Source: Monocercomonoides exilis PA203
Taxonomy: Eukaryota > Protista > Preaxostyla
Length of the DNA: 64,000 nucleotides
NCBI GenBank assembly: GCA_001643675.2
Contig: LSRY02000049.1
Location: 62,001 to 126,000, forward strand
Reading direction: 5' to 3'
Positions 1 through 12,700 of the stretch are shown here, in pieces. Under the pieces are notes generated by a model. It was not told where the DNA came from, did not search any database, and was given only the letters and a program-made list of their open reading frames with translations. The number at the start of each line of letters is the position of its first letter. Positions within the stretch are counted from its first letter, which is position 1. The translations under genes were made by a program, and so were the position numbers.

Positions 1-809
1 TAGCACTGGTGCAGCCCCAGCGTCCACGCCGGGATCAGGCACGGCCTCCCCACCAGCTCCGTGTACTCCTCCACCACCGCCTCCATCCGCCCCTCCTCCC
101 CGCCCAGGAAGATGTACAGGTCGATCAGCCCGCCCATCATCCGCCACGTCAGCTCCCCGTCCGCAATCTCCACCTGCAGCGGGCTCGCCGTCAGCATCAG
201 CACCCCATGCATCCTGCCCCCGGCCCGCCGCTCCACGTGCAGCGGATGCGTCCCGTAGTGGTTCGTCCCGTCCCCAGGCGTGCCCCGGTCCTGGTTCGTC
301 AGCGTGTAGTTGAACGGGTACGGCAGCGCAAACCGCGTCCTCCGCTGCCCCAGCCCGTATATCACCGGCTTCGCCCCGACCGCCGTGCTCAGCTGCACAA
401 ACCCCTTCCCGTACGCAAGCCCGTGCCTCACCGACCCCGGCCGCGTGTCGAAGATCGTCTCCCCGCTGCTCCGCCGCGCCACCACAATCCCGCAGTCCTC
501 TGTCACAGACACACGGAACCCCGACTCGGCAAACGCCACCCCGCTCCCCGACCCCGCCGCCGCCTCCTCCACCACATCCACCACCTCGTACGCCGGCTCT
601 GCGTTGTCCACAATCTTGATGTGCAGCCGGTCCCGCGTCTCCGCCACCACCTCAAAGTGCAATGACTCTGCGTCGGGCGGGAACGGCCCTTCCCCCGCCC
701 GCTTCACAAACTCCCCCACAATCACGCTATCCGTCTCCACCTTCCGGCACTCGTATTCTGCGTACCCGCACGCACTCGCTTTCACCAAAACAAGCAAAAA
801 CAATATCAT
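1..809 (-). CDS. Glycoside hydrolase family 31 alpha-glucosidase, N-terminal part (gene runs off the window start)
   Basis: Manual translation from ATG at 809 with no stop to position 1, so it is absent from the ORF track. Signal-peptide-like MILFLLVLVKASA, then RLHIKIVD...YEV, IYGLGQR, NHYGTHPLHVE, HGVLML, TWRMMGGLIDLYIF, EYTELVGRPCLIPAWTLGLHQC, all typical of the GH31 (lysosomal alpha-glucosidase type) N-terminal region. Confidence 0.92.
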   Translation of the reverse strand, partial: MILFLLVLVKASACGYAEYECRKVETDSVIVGEFVKRAGEGPFPPDAESLHFEVVAETRDRLHIKIVDNAEPAYEVVDVVEEAAAGSGSGVAFAESGFRVSVTEDCGIVVARRSSGETIFDTRPGSVRHGLAYGKGFVQLSTAVGAKPVIYGLGQRRTRFALPYPFNYTLTNQDRGTPGDGTNHYGTHPLHVERRAGGRMHGVLMLTASPLQVEIADGELTWRMMGGLIDLYIFLGGEEGRMEAVVEEYTELVGRPCLIPAWTLGLHQC

Positions 810-2139
810 CAAGCCTTTGCTTTTGGGTGTCGATCGTGCTCAAACGCCTCATTCCTCCTCAACGGTCTGCACTTTCGCTCCGTATGCAGTCTCGCGCAGC
901 AACACGCATTTGCGCGCGTCGATGCCGAATATAACCGAAACAGCATGTGGATGAGCCCGGCAATGGGAACAAAAACGAAAGAGAGCGGGCGCTTTTCGTC
1001 GAGTGTCAAGGAATGCCTTTAAAGACGCATCTTCTTCGCTACAATGTTTGGTGTGCGTGCGTCCTGCATGTTTCTTCCATCAAGCGCGATGGAAAAGACA
1101 GTTTCAATTGTCATTTTTAAATTGAATATTACTGCTGAATTGAAAGCACCAATTGGCAATGTTTGGGGGAACTCGTTCACGTTTTCAGAAAAGCCATTGG
1201 TGTTGATTGGCCTCGCTGATTCATGTGCGTTTTCGGGCTGGACAAGGCGGCAACCTCTGCAAAACACCAAAACATCAGAAACAGCTGGCGCCGCAGTCTC
1301 TGGTGAAGAAATGGCGTGATTGATGGGATTGCATGATGGAAAAGAAGCAGGACTTTCTCTTGTGAAGGATATTGTTGTTGCTGTCACACTTTTGAAGCGA
1401 AAACAGAATTCTTTTGTGATTTTTGCTTTGCTTTGCTTTTCTTGGCTTCGGGTGCAATTGCTTTCATTTTGTTTCTGTCTTTGTGTTTGTGTTTATATTC
1501 ATTTTGCTTTAATTTTTTAAATTTTTTTTCAAAGGAAAAATGAGAGTTGGGCGTGCAAGAGGAGTTGCAGAAATGGGGGAGCAAAAAGGCTTTGCAAAGA
1601 AAACGAAAACCTCTCTGCAAAAAGGCTGTCAGCTGAAGGCAGCAGGCTGCACTGCGCTTTCTGCTCTTTTTTTTCCACTTTTTTTTTCAAAGCACAAACA
1701 TGTTCCATTGCTGAAACCCCTCTGTTTCAAAGAACAAAAGCATCTTTCAAAAAAAAGAATTTTTTTAAAAAAAGAAAATTCTCTGAGTCTGTCTGCAGCA
1801 GAGTTCCTCACGGCTCTTCATTGTGCACCCAGAAAAAAATAGCCATCGATTTTGCAATGCTCTCTTCATTGAGCATCGTCGTGGCTCAATAATTTGATGG
1901 CTTCTCCTGCAGACGCTCTGCTCGCAGAAACAAATAAAAAATGCTCCGCAATGCCACTTTGCACATCGCTCCTCCATTGTGTTCAACTTCGTCAAGAACA
2001 CAAACATTTCCTTTTTTGTTTTTTTTTTTCCAATTCATTATTCTCCGTTTCTGGACACTTCAACTTGCACGCAGCCTTCCAAGGCACGTGCCCCGCAAAT
2101 GCTTATCAGCATATGCACAAGGGGGATGCATTGTGCGAT

Positions 2140-2172
2140 GCAGGAAAAGCAGGAAATGCAGGAAAAGCAGGA
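2140..2172 (+). repeat. Short tandem repeat GCAGGAAA(A/T) x3.5
   Basis: gcaggaaaa gcaggaaat gcaggaaaa gcagga just upstream of the ATG at 2231. Confidence 0.7.
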
Positions 2173-2230
2173 GTGGCTGAGCTGTTGGGATTGCGAATGT
2201 TTGTGATCGAGGGCATAACACAAACAACAT

Positions 2231-3704
2231 ATGGGGAACTTTGCCAGTGCAGCAGGGATTTCGGCCGAGAACATCACAGACAGCAAGATGGTGTGCGGGG
2301 CTGGGCAGCGGAAGCGGAGAGCGGTGTTTGTGTACCGGCTGTGCGTGGTGGCGTACATGACGATGTTTATTGTTTCGTGCATTGTCTGTCTGCCCTTCTC
2401 CTCCTTTGTGTTGTTTTTCTGTTGAGCTGCTTTCTCCTCTCTTTCTCCTCTCTCTCTTTCTCCTTTTTGTGGGGATGCAGGCGATGCGATGCAGCTGAAG
2501 TATCTGACGAAGCAGGTGTATTTAATCACATACGCCTATTTCCTGGTGTGTGTTCATTCATCCCTTTCATGGGCGCACTTTATTGTGATTGTTGCTGTTG
2601 TCTTTTTCCGCTGCTTGCGGGGTGCTGCTGCCGGGGGTGCAGTTTGCAGCGTCTTTTGGCAAAGGAGAGGCAGAGTGGTTCCTGAGCGGAGGGAGGGTGC
2701 ATTCGGCGAAGACAGCAGCGTCGGGGCGGGCAAAGGCAACGTTTGTGCTGGCGGTGATCGGGGTGAACGGCAGCTTCCTGGCGATCCTGACGTTCTGGCT
2801 GGTGCTTGCGCGGGGGCACGAGGAGTTCCGCGTGTGGCACGACCTGTGGTTCGGGGTGAACCCGCACGGGCTGAGCTTTGTGCTGATTGTGGTGGACGTG
2901 TACTTCTTCACAGGCATCCGGTTTGGCCTGGCGCACGCGTACATGTCTGTGGCGTACTATCTGTTCTACATCTTCATGTCGTGGCTGTATGCAGCCTACA
3001 CCCACACGTGTGCCCCCTTTTGACTCCTTGTCGATGTCTAGTCTTCTGCTTTGTCGCTTTTCTGTTTTCTGTTTCTTTTTTTGTGTGTGTGCGCATGCGG
3101 CTGCATTCTGCTGTACAGGTGGATCTACCCGTTCTTGGCGCTGGGCACTGTGACCGCGAACTATGCGTATCCGATCTATGTTGTGCTCTCGCTCCTCACG
3201 CACTGCGCCATGTGTGCGCTGAGCAGGCTGCGGGACAGGCGCAAGGACGCACACAAGCACAGCCACAAGCTCAAGGAAGAACGCTCCGATATCCCGTGCA
3301 GCCACATCGTGCCTGTCCCGCACGCTCCGCTGGCATCTATTGCATCAGCTGCGAATGGCTGCTCCGAGGGTGCAGGCACGGACACATCGTGCGGTGCAGC
3401 AGCTGTGTGTGTCGAGAGCACTGAGGGAGCTGATGATGCAGCAGATGATGATGATGGGAATGTTGGGGGTGTTGGGGGTGCTGAGGGCGGTGCATGCGAG
3501 CGCGGCAAAGGCACCAGAGCTGGAAGGTGCAGCTGGAGCAGCACAGAGAAAGCGCAGGCAGCAGAGGAGGAGCGCAAGCGCATGGAGAGATGGCAGGCGG
3601 TGCTGGTTGGGGAGTCTGTGCGGCTGAGCGAGGCGATTCGGATGAAGATGGTGGAGATGGCGCCGCAGTGCCCGCTGGAAGTGGCCAGCGCCTCTTCGGC
3701 GTAG
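2231..3704 (+). CDS. Multi-pass membrane protein, FAR-17a/AIG1 / rolling-stone-like (4 exons)
   Basis: Exons ~2231-2387, 2481-2545, 2643-3007, 3119-3704 joined by GT-AG introns. Motifs KYLTKQ plus TM helix, NPHGLSFVLIVVDVYF, YLFYIFMSWLY, WIYPFL; about 6 hydrophobic segments and a low-complexity tail. Confidence 0.7.
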
Positions 3705-5183
3705 CTGGCTGGGAATGCGAAGAAAGCGTGAAGGGGTGGCTGGTGGGCTTGGGAGAGCAATTCGCAGGTGCCGCGGCTGGCTGATGCCTTGGCTTGATGT
3801 GCTTTTTGCAGCGCATGGGCTTTTGTGCCAGCGTTATTATGCATCATCATCGTAATTATTATCATTGTTCTTATTGTTGTTACTGTTCATATTTTGATTT
3901 TGAATTTTATGTGTGTGTGTGTGTATTTTATCATTTTTTGTCTGTTCAAACTTTTCTATGAGCAAGCTGCTCGATGTTTTTATGATTTGCGAGTTCACAA
4001 CTGCAGGAGAGCCTGTCTTTGGTTTTGTTGCTTTATTTTATTTTTATTTTATTTTTATTTTTATTTTTTTTTTCTGTGCTGTGTTGTGCTGCTTTGCATT
4101 TGTATGTATTGGAATTTTTTGGATTTTGTTTTTGGAGGCTCTGTGTATTTATGAGGCTGCAGGCATGCCCAGCCGAGCCTAACACTGCCTTTTTTTGTTG
4201 CATGTGCAATTGTTTTGGTGGGCTGGGGGTGTGTGCTTGGGTGTGTTTGGGTGTGCTTGTGGGTATGGGAGAGAGGCGGAAGGAATGGGAAATGATCGAG
4301 AGCAACAAACAGTGAAATGAAGTTGCTGCTTTGCTGAGTGTGCAGAGCAGAGGGGAGCAGCGTGTATAAAATAAGGAGGGAGCTGTGGTTGAGATGGTAA
4401 AATGGCCAAAAATGGTGATCGCGGAGAGGGGAGAGAGCATTTGCTGAGAAACAAAAATGAGGGCAGGAAGCAGCGAGGAAAGGGCTGTGAAGGGTATGTG
4501 AGGGAGGAGGCTGGAGGAGGAAGGGAAATGCGCGTAATAAACGGCATTCGAAAATTTGTGATAAGCCGCAGTAGCGGATGCGCAAAGAAAGAAGGAAAAG
4601 AGGAGTTTATGTTACATTTCTGGAGGGGCGCGCCCCGCTGACAGGGATGTACAGGGTCATCCTCACATGGGTTTTGCTTTGTTTATTTCTTTTTGCTGTG
4701 TTTGGGGGAAGGGTGTTTTTCGTGTTTTGTGATTGCTTCTTATTTTTTTTTTTATTTTTCTTTTTCTTTTTCTTTCTCTTTCTCTTGTTCCAGATGTTTG
4801 TGTGTTTTTGTGTCATTTGAGGCTGTGCCTATGGTTTTGTGCGTCTTAGCAGAAAGTGCATGTTGAAAATAAAAGCTGTTTTTAATGATTCGTTTTCTGT
4901 TTTTTTGTTTTTCATTTTTCATTTCTGTTTCTGCCAAAAGCAGAAAAAAGCACAAAAATAACAAAACATAAATTTAAAAAATAAAAAAATAAACAAAAAA
5001 TATGAAACACTTTGGTTTCTTCCGCTCAAAACGAAGGGAAGAGAAATATCGAGGAAAAAAATTGTTTTTAAAGAATTTTGAGTGGAAAGAGAAAGCACCC
5101 ACTCGCTTAACATGGGCAGGAATAAAGCAAAAAGGAAAGCCCATTCTGTGGTGCTTCTGGACGGAACCTGCAGGTGCAGCACC

Positions 5184-8100
5184 TCAACTATTCTTGAGAC
5201 AGTTGGCGATGTCTTTGGCCCTTGGTGCAACCAGATTATCGTCTGACTGCGCCAGCGCCTCCACCACTTTTGCATCGACCACGTTGCTCACCAAGCTGCC
5301 TGTCACAATCCCGCCGCGCTGCATTATCCGCAGCACCAGCCCCACCATGTTCACGCGCACCCACCGGCTTCTGTCCCTCAGCAGCTGGCTGCATTTCTCC
5401 TTGTTCAGCCCTTCCAGCAGCGCCCCGTGGTTGTCTGCCACACCCCCAACCCAGAACACAAAAAAAGAAAAAGAAAAGAAAAAGGAGAACAGAATCAAAA
5501 ATACAAGTGAAGGACAAAGCAGAACCTGGGCAGAGCGACAACAGGCACAGCGCAGACAGCATGTTCGCCCGCTCAGCCTCTTCTCTTTTTGTGTTGGTTG
5601 CAACACCCCAGCAGAACTCCACCATATTGTCAGGCATCTTCGTCAGCGCACGCCCGCGGCTCAGCAGCAGCAGACACCGCGCAGCGTCTCTCTTCACCTG
5701 GTTGTCTTCCTCATATTCAAAGCACTTCTGCAGCACCTCTGCTGCTCGGCACTCTTCTGCTGCTGCTCCATACGGGTGCGGACACTCCTCGGCCACTGCA
5801 CACGCACCCACACACAGCACATTCCCCAGCGCTGCTGCTGCCATCCGCCTGCACTTGCCATTCCCCGGCTCTCGCTCCAGCACCTGCACCAGCCCCGCCA
5901 CACACCCCAGCTCCACCAGAACTTCGCACTGCTCTGCCCCCATCTGCCACGTCAGGCGGCACAGCGCTGCCACCACGTCTTCCTCTGCCTCTGCAGCCGC
6001 CTCTGCCTCTTCCACTGAGGCCGATGCATCTGGAGGCGCAATCAGCCAAACAAGCGTCTTCGCCAGCCTTCGCGAAAACACTCGCTGCCTCAGCCCCGCA
6101 TTCCCGTACAGCACATGCCGCAGCACTTTGCAGTACAGCCCCAGCACTTTCCTGTCTTTCGTTTCCCCTGCTGCCTCTCCCACCGCCTCCACAAACTCCT
6201 CTGGCGCCAGCTTCAGCTTCTCTTCCGCGCTGCCCTGCTTCTCCACTTCCTGCGCAAAAAGCTTCAGCACGCCCACATAATACTCGTAAGTGGGCGCTGC
6301 TCCTTCTGCCCTTTCCAAAGCGATCGCTCTTGGATCAGGATTCGACCCTGCTGCCGAGACAGACAGATGAATCTGTGAAGAAAGGTGTGAGGACGCACTC
6401 GAGGAAGATGATGCTGATGCTGTTGCTGCAGATGGTGTTGCTCGCATGGACGAGAATGTTGAGGAGGGCTGAGACGAGAACATGTTCTGTGGCTGGCTCG
6501 ATGCCAGCGGATGCCAACTGCTCTGCTGAAACGAAGCGGGGCCAGACTGATGCGAGGGAGGTGGTGTCGAAAAGGAGAAAGTGGCGGAACGTGATGGCTG
6601 TCTGCCTGACGACTGCATGTATTGCTGTCCGGAGTATGAGAAAGTGGACAAAGACGGAGTTTGGGTCTGATGCACCTGGCGATAAGCGGAAGGCGGCAGA
6701 GCAGCAACAGAAGTCGACAGGCTGTGCATCCCATGCGGCGTCGCCAAATGATCGAATGTGGAAGAGTTTGCGGTTGTGCCTGTTTCACGAAAAGAGCGCT
6801 GCGATGCAGACAAAGAATGAGGAGAGAGATGCGATGCCACAAAACTTGTTGAATGGCTCGGTGCAGCTGATGCAAATGAGCTTGATGAAGCACCAAAGCC
6901 AGGCGCATAATGGGAAGATGATGCGGAAGATGATGTGGAAGATGAAGCGGAAGATGAAATGGAAAGCATAGGTGAATGTGAAGAGTGAGAGGTCGATGAC
7001 GTGAGGACCGAAGCCGACATAGAATTAGCCGAAGACGTCATTGATGCAATAGGCGCAGACGAGACAATAAAAAGCAGACCCAGCTTGACTAGGACTTCTT
7101 CCATGTGCTTGAGAACAACCTTCTCTGCAAACTCCCCCACCTTCTCTCTCAGCTTCACAACACTCTCCAGTTGCGCCTTTTCTATCTCCACCTTTTTTTC
7201 TGCATCTTTCGCTTCTGCCAGCATTTTCTCCATCTGCTGGTTCGCCTCTCTCATCTCCTCCTTCACCCGCCTGTTGATCTCAGGCAGATTCAGCAGCTGT
7301 GCCGCAGTCGGTCTCCAACGCGGATTCTGCTCTCCCCACAGTCATCATCAGCGTTTGCGAGTGGCACATTCGCAGCCAATAGAAGACCCCAAGCACACAG
7401 TTCCGCATGAAAAGAAGATAGAACAAGAATTGTCATCAAAGAAAAGGTTAACACAAAACAGAACAGAACAAAACAGCACCCAACACACCTCGCTCAGCCC
7501 TGCCACGATGAAATCTCTCAACACATCTGATAAATGCCCCAATTGTGTCCGCACATACTCTGGCTGCAGGTTCAGCTGCTCGTTCTTATTGAACGTGTTC
7601 ACTGCCATCTCATACATAGTCACCATCAGCGCGTAAATGTCAGACGCTGCTGTGTACCTGGATCAACCAATAACACACAAAACACACAAAAATACACAAA
7701 AATACACATAAACGTCACTGCGAAAGCAAGTGCTCGACACCTGATATCCCTCTCCGAGCTTTCAGGCGGAAGGCAGTGCACAGCAGACGCAAAAGCAAGC
7801 GCAATCGCAAAAAGACAGTAAGTGAATGGAAAACAATCTTCACAAGAAAAAAAAACAGAGTTCATTGAACTGATTTGCACACAATTTCTTTGGATCCACT
7901 TCAGGTGCCAAATATCTTCTGTTTGCCACGCGGTAAGAGACAAAGAAAGAGAAATATAAAGAGAAATATAAAGAGAGAAATAAAGGCTTGGCAGCACAAA
8001 TAAAAACAGATACTCTGTTCCTCCTATCCGCGTCGCCTGAACGGATGTCGTCAGCGTTCGTGCCAGTCCAAAGTCGCCTTGTGCAATCAACAGCACATAG

Positions 8101-8958
8101 ACCAACCGGAATTCATGAGCAAAGTGTAATCCAGAATGCAGGCAGACCAACATAAAAGTGATGTTATATTAACAAAAAAACATGAGTGATGTGGAAAGCA
8201 GATGGGCAGACCAAGCTTGGCGCGGTGCTCGCCATACAACAGGATGTTGTCAGGCTTCACATCGCGGTGCACAATGCTTTTCCCGTGCACTGCCTCCAGC
8301 GCTTGCGCCATGTCCGCAAGCACATCCCATATGATCTAGTGCATTCCCCAGCAGCAATTGTGCAGCCAGGCAAACAAAGGCAAATCTCTCAGTTATTTCC
8401 ATCAAGCGCAACAACACATCGCAGACACACCTCCTCGGGGATCGGCTTCCCTCTGTGCGGCTCCTCTTCCATAAAATTCCTCAACGATCCGCGATCGCAC
8501 AGCTCCATGATCAGATGCACGCTGTTTCCGTCTTTCTGAGCATTGACAAGCTCCACCACATGCTCATTCTTGATACTCTGCAGCGCCTGAATCTCCTTCA
8601 TCCACATCGAGCCCCACCCTGCGGCACTCATCATCTTGTCCGCGTACAGCCTTCCCGTCTCCACATCCTTCACAACGAACACGTTTCCAAAAGTTCCGTC
8701 TCCCAGATTTCTTCCCCGAATGTCTTTCCTCCCCGTGCAAAAGAAACCAGAAACAAAAACAAACATATAGCGAAATAAAATAATCAGAATAAAAATAGAA
8801 TTCCAAAAAACAAATGCGCAGCCGCAAAAATCAAAAGTGAACGTTTTGTGAAGGCAAAAAAGAGTTTTCGAACTCTGGTCAAGATCTCCTCAATTTCATT
8901 TCATAAAATGGTTATTTAGTTTGTTCATACATTTTCCGAGAATGAGCTGGCCTTCCAT
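5184..8958 (-). CDS. Ser/Thr protein kinase (NEK-like) with coiled coil, Ser-rich linker and C-terminal ARM/HEAT-like repeats (multi-exon)
   Basis: LGDGTFGNV, YADK, HLIMELCDRGSL (8400-8725); HRDVKPDNILL (~8240-8275); DFGLAR..GGTE; YLAPE (7884-7916); YTAASDIYAL (7659 onward); NPRWRPTAAQLL (7327 onward). Long exon to ~5526 with helical repeats (AAAALGNV); last exon ends LKNS* at 5184. The 5' exons are less certain. Confidence 0.88.
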
Positions 8959-9708
8959 TGTTTCTGAAATGATGCAACAATAAATAAAACAAAAATAAAA
9001 TAGAAAAAATATAGTATGGTCCAATAAATAAATAAATAGAATACACAAAAAAAAAGTTTGCACTTTTTTATCTCTAAATCGATTTTGAGATAATAAAAAT
9101 GATGATAAAAAAATTGTGACACTTATCGAATTTTTCTTCATTGGAAAACAAAAAAGAACTATTTCTGACTTACACAGTTGATGGAAAAAATTAATCTCTC
9201 TTAAAAACATATTCTTCATGTTCAAATCTGAACAATCATTCGAAAAAGATCTGTTCTTTCAGAATTTTTGATCAACTGTTTGGCTTCAGAAGAAGTGAAT
9301 GGCACATGAACAAAACAAACGTGAATATCTTTATTGACTTTTTTCGCAAATGTTTCAAAATATCCTTTTATCAAATATCACTAGATTGAGAATATGTATT
9401 GCTCTCGTTTTATTTTTGTGTGGAGAAAGATGTTTTTTGCTTCATACCCATATATTTGTTTGAAAGAACTGATAATTTTTTTATTTTGAATTCTTGATTG
9501 TTTAAATTAAAAGAAAGGTGTGCAAAAAGTTGAATACTTATAAATAAAAATCTCAATATTTATATCGATGTTATTGTTAAATTTTTGTTTTGTGTGTACG
9601 ATTTGAACAAAAACTATAATTTATTTGAAAAAATCTAATGCTTTCGAATATAACGAATTTTAAAATGAAAAATCACTTCAATTTTTTTGTAGGGAGAAGT
9701 TCTGTGAA

Positions 9709-12700
9709 ATGGCTACTTTGCCACGTCTTTCACCTTTAAAATATGAAGATATGCAAACTCCTCGTCAGAGCGATAAGAGCTTACAAAGATATGATAATTC
9801 TACATATTCAAAGGGAGAACGAAATAAAAATAAAAAAACATTTTCAGTTGATTTGCCTCCAAGGAGTCAAACTTCGCTGGGCTCACCCATGACTGAGAGG
9901 AAATATTCTGGTTTAATAAAATATTTTTAAAAATTATTTATTAATCGAGTTTTAAATGCACTTTTTAATGAAAATGTTCATTCTGTTGTTCATTCAAGAT
10001 CTTCTTCCTTCATTAGAAAAATCTTTGTTTTCTGATGAATTGAATGATCAAACAATGATTGCAAAAAACGCAATAGAGCAAGGTGAACGCTTATTCAAGC
10101 GGGACCAGAGCTACAGACCGCTTACAGAGAGAAGCTCTCACTCAAATGAAGGGAGCAAGAATATTCTTGCGGAAAAAAGAAAATTATTCAAGATTTTGCA
10201 GGATGTTGATCATTTGATGAACGAACGAGGTCATGGTAGAGGAATAAGCTCGATAATTGAAAGGCACAAATTGCTGCTGAAGGACGAAGGGATTGATGTT
10301 GATTCGCTGGATGGAGTGGTGGACAAAGGAGCACATGGAAGCAGAACGCCAGGAGCGAGAAGTCAAACCAGTGCAGCAGTATTAGGCGGGTACTCGAAGA
10401 ATTCATCGGAGTTTCGAGAAGCGAGGGTGATGCAGACTCATCATAAAGGAAGCGATCACGGTATGGAAGCATCTCGGCCAGGCGCGAAAGAGATGCAGCC
10501 ATCAAACTTGTTTCCCCAACAAAGGAAAGTTTCAGTGGCAGCAGCTGTGGAGGTGGCCGATGCAGCATCCATTGCCGCAAAGCTGTCCGGACTCACGCTG
10601 AAGGGCAACCCCCACAACGTCAACTCAGAAATAGCGGAGTTCAAGCGCATGGTGGAGCTGAGTAAATCCAAGCGGTCCCAAGCTCCCCGACGGAGCAAGC
10701 GAGACGAGTCATTTGCGACCAGCAGTGAACTTGGCAGCAGTCGATACGCAAGTGACGCAGATGTTTCACCTTTGCAGATGCGTCGCACGAAAAAAAGAGA
10801 GAGAGGCGAGGGAACTGGTGTGGAAGAGGCGCAGCATCGGCAGAAAATCGGAGTGAAAACCGTTTTGCGCGATCGGCGAGTGGTTGATGCTTCAAACGAC
10901 GACATCCAAAGTGCGATGGCGCTGGCAACGCTGACGGAAAGAGAGGACGCATACAGAAAGCTGAAGAAGGAGGAGCTGGAAGAGGAGATTCGCATGCAGA
11001 CGCTCAGAGAGAACGAGAAGGAAATGCGGAGGAAAGAAAAAGAAGAGTTCTGCCGAAGAGCCGAAGAGAAGAAGCGGGAAGACGCAGCAGAGGAAGAGGC
11101 AGTGCGGATGAGACTGCGTGCTTCGGAGGAGCAGCAGGATTTGACGAGGTCGCTGATGGAGAGTGGGCAGAGGGAGGAAGGTAGGCTGAGCAGAGAAGCG
11201 TATTCGGAGCAGCGGGAGCAGCTGGGCAGCAGAGTGAGCCACCGCCTGGTGAAGCACGATGGAAGGGAGGAGTGGAGCGATTGGAGAGAAGAGGACGAGG
11301 AAGGTGAAAACAGCGAAGGAGGACTCAACAGCAAAAGGGGCACTTCAGGCGCATTTGAAGGAGTCGGTAGGCAAACAGGTGAGATGGATGAGAACGGAGA
11401 GTATTTGGATGAGTTTGATGGAAGCGATGAAGAGAAGGATTATGAGGAATCAACGTTTTTGACTGCAACCCCGATTCGGTCACGAAGAGTTGAGCAACGC
11501 TCTGATTCAACTTCTCCTGCACATATGTATTCAACGCCTGTGTCTTCATTCACTTCATCTTCATCTTCTCCATCTCCCACCTCCAAATCCCTTTTTTCTT
11601 CTTCTAATTCTTCATCCATTTCACCGAAAATACTCCAAATCTCCGTTTCCGACCCCTCCGCTGCTCAGCCATTGACACAGCGGACGTTCCTACCTTCTCT
11701 GACAGACAGAGCCAGGCGGGCGCCGGTTGCGTCGCTGCCGCTGTCGACGCTGCCTCTGCTTGTGTTTGCGTCGGCGCCGCCGCAAAAGACGAAGAGAGAG
11801 CTGCTAGTGCCACTGCAGGCAACAGCGCGCGACGCCAGCGAGGCTGAAGCAAGGAAAGTGCAGGCGGTGCGCGAGCGGTGGAAGAAAGGGCAAACAGAAG
11901 AGGCGATGAAGAGAGAGGAGAAGAAGAAAGTATTTGAGCAGGAAGGCGAGGAGCGGCTGCTGTGGCTGGCGAACAGAGGCACCAGCAGGTGGCAGAAGAA
12001 GCGCGAGTTTGCAGTGGGCAGAGGGGAGTTCATCATAACACACGAAATGAAGCAGATCTGCAAGCGGTGGGCGGCAGTGATAACAGCGTCTGTGCGGATG
12101 GCCGTGCTGTTGGACCAGCTTGGCGAGGACAGGGCCAAGCGGTGGATCAAAGCCAAAGCGGAAGAAGAGCGGAGGAGAGAGGCCGAGGCCATTGCAATGC
12201 AGCAGAAAAGAAAACGCCAGCTGAGATTGCTGAGAGCTTTTACTGTCATTTCGAGGTGTGAATATTTTGGAGTGAAATGCATGCTTATTTTAGTGATAAT
12301 TAAATACGTATGTGTATATATTTGCTTTTTTAAATTTTGTATATTTGAAATGTATTTTTAACGTTATTACTTTGAAATGAATAATTTTTTGTTTTTTTGT
12401 TTATCGAAACAATCCCAATATGCTTGATTCAGGGTTCTTGGAGCCTTTGTGCTGTTGCATCGCCTTAAGCAATGCTATTCATCGGCATGGCTGATACAGT
12501 CGTTTCTGGTGAGTGTCAAAGCTCAGCTTTCATTTCGCATTGATGTCAAACGCTTTCGCACGCTGATAATTCGGCTGCAGAGGCTGGCAAGAGGATGGCT
12601 GGATTTCATTCAGCCAAAGATTGATGCGCTGGATATGATGGTATGTGACTTATGAAAAGGATAAAAACACATCATTCTCTGAAGCTGTGACATTTATTCA

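Noticed and set aside
9-954. Plus-strand ORFs of 218 and 214 aa
   Set aside because: Antisense shadows of the GC-rich GH31 gene on the minus strand
960-1520. Short ORFs on both strands between GH31 and the membrane-protein gene
   Set aside because: No recognisable motif and no convincing spliced model could be built; a small gene cannot be excluded
5002-7636. Long plus-strand ORFs (338, 352, 460, 211 aa)
   Set aside because: Antisense to the kinase-ARM gene; no independent protein features
7741-7776. CLPPESSERDIR as a duplicated, mutually exclusive APE exon
   Set aside because: No AG acceptor at the needed position; an 18-nt microexon using gaaag is simpler
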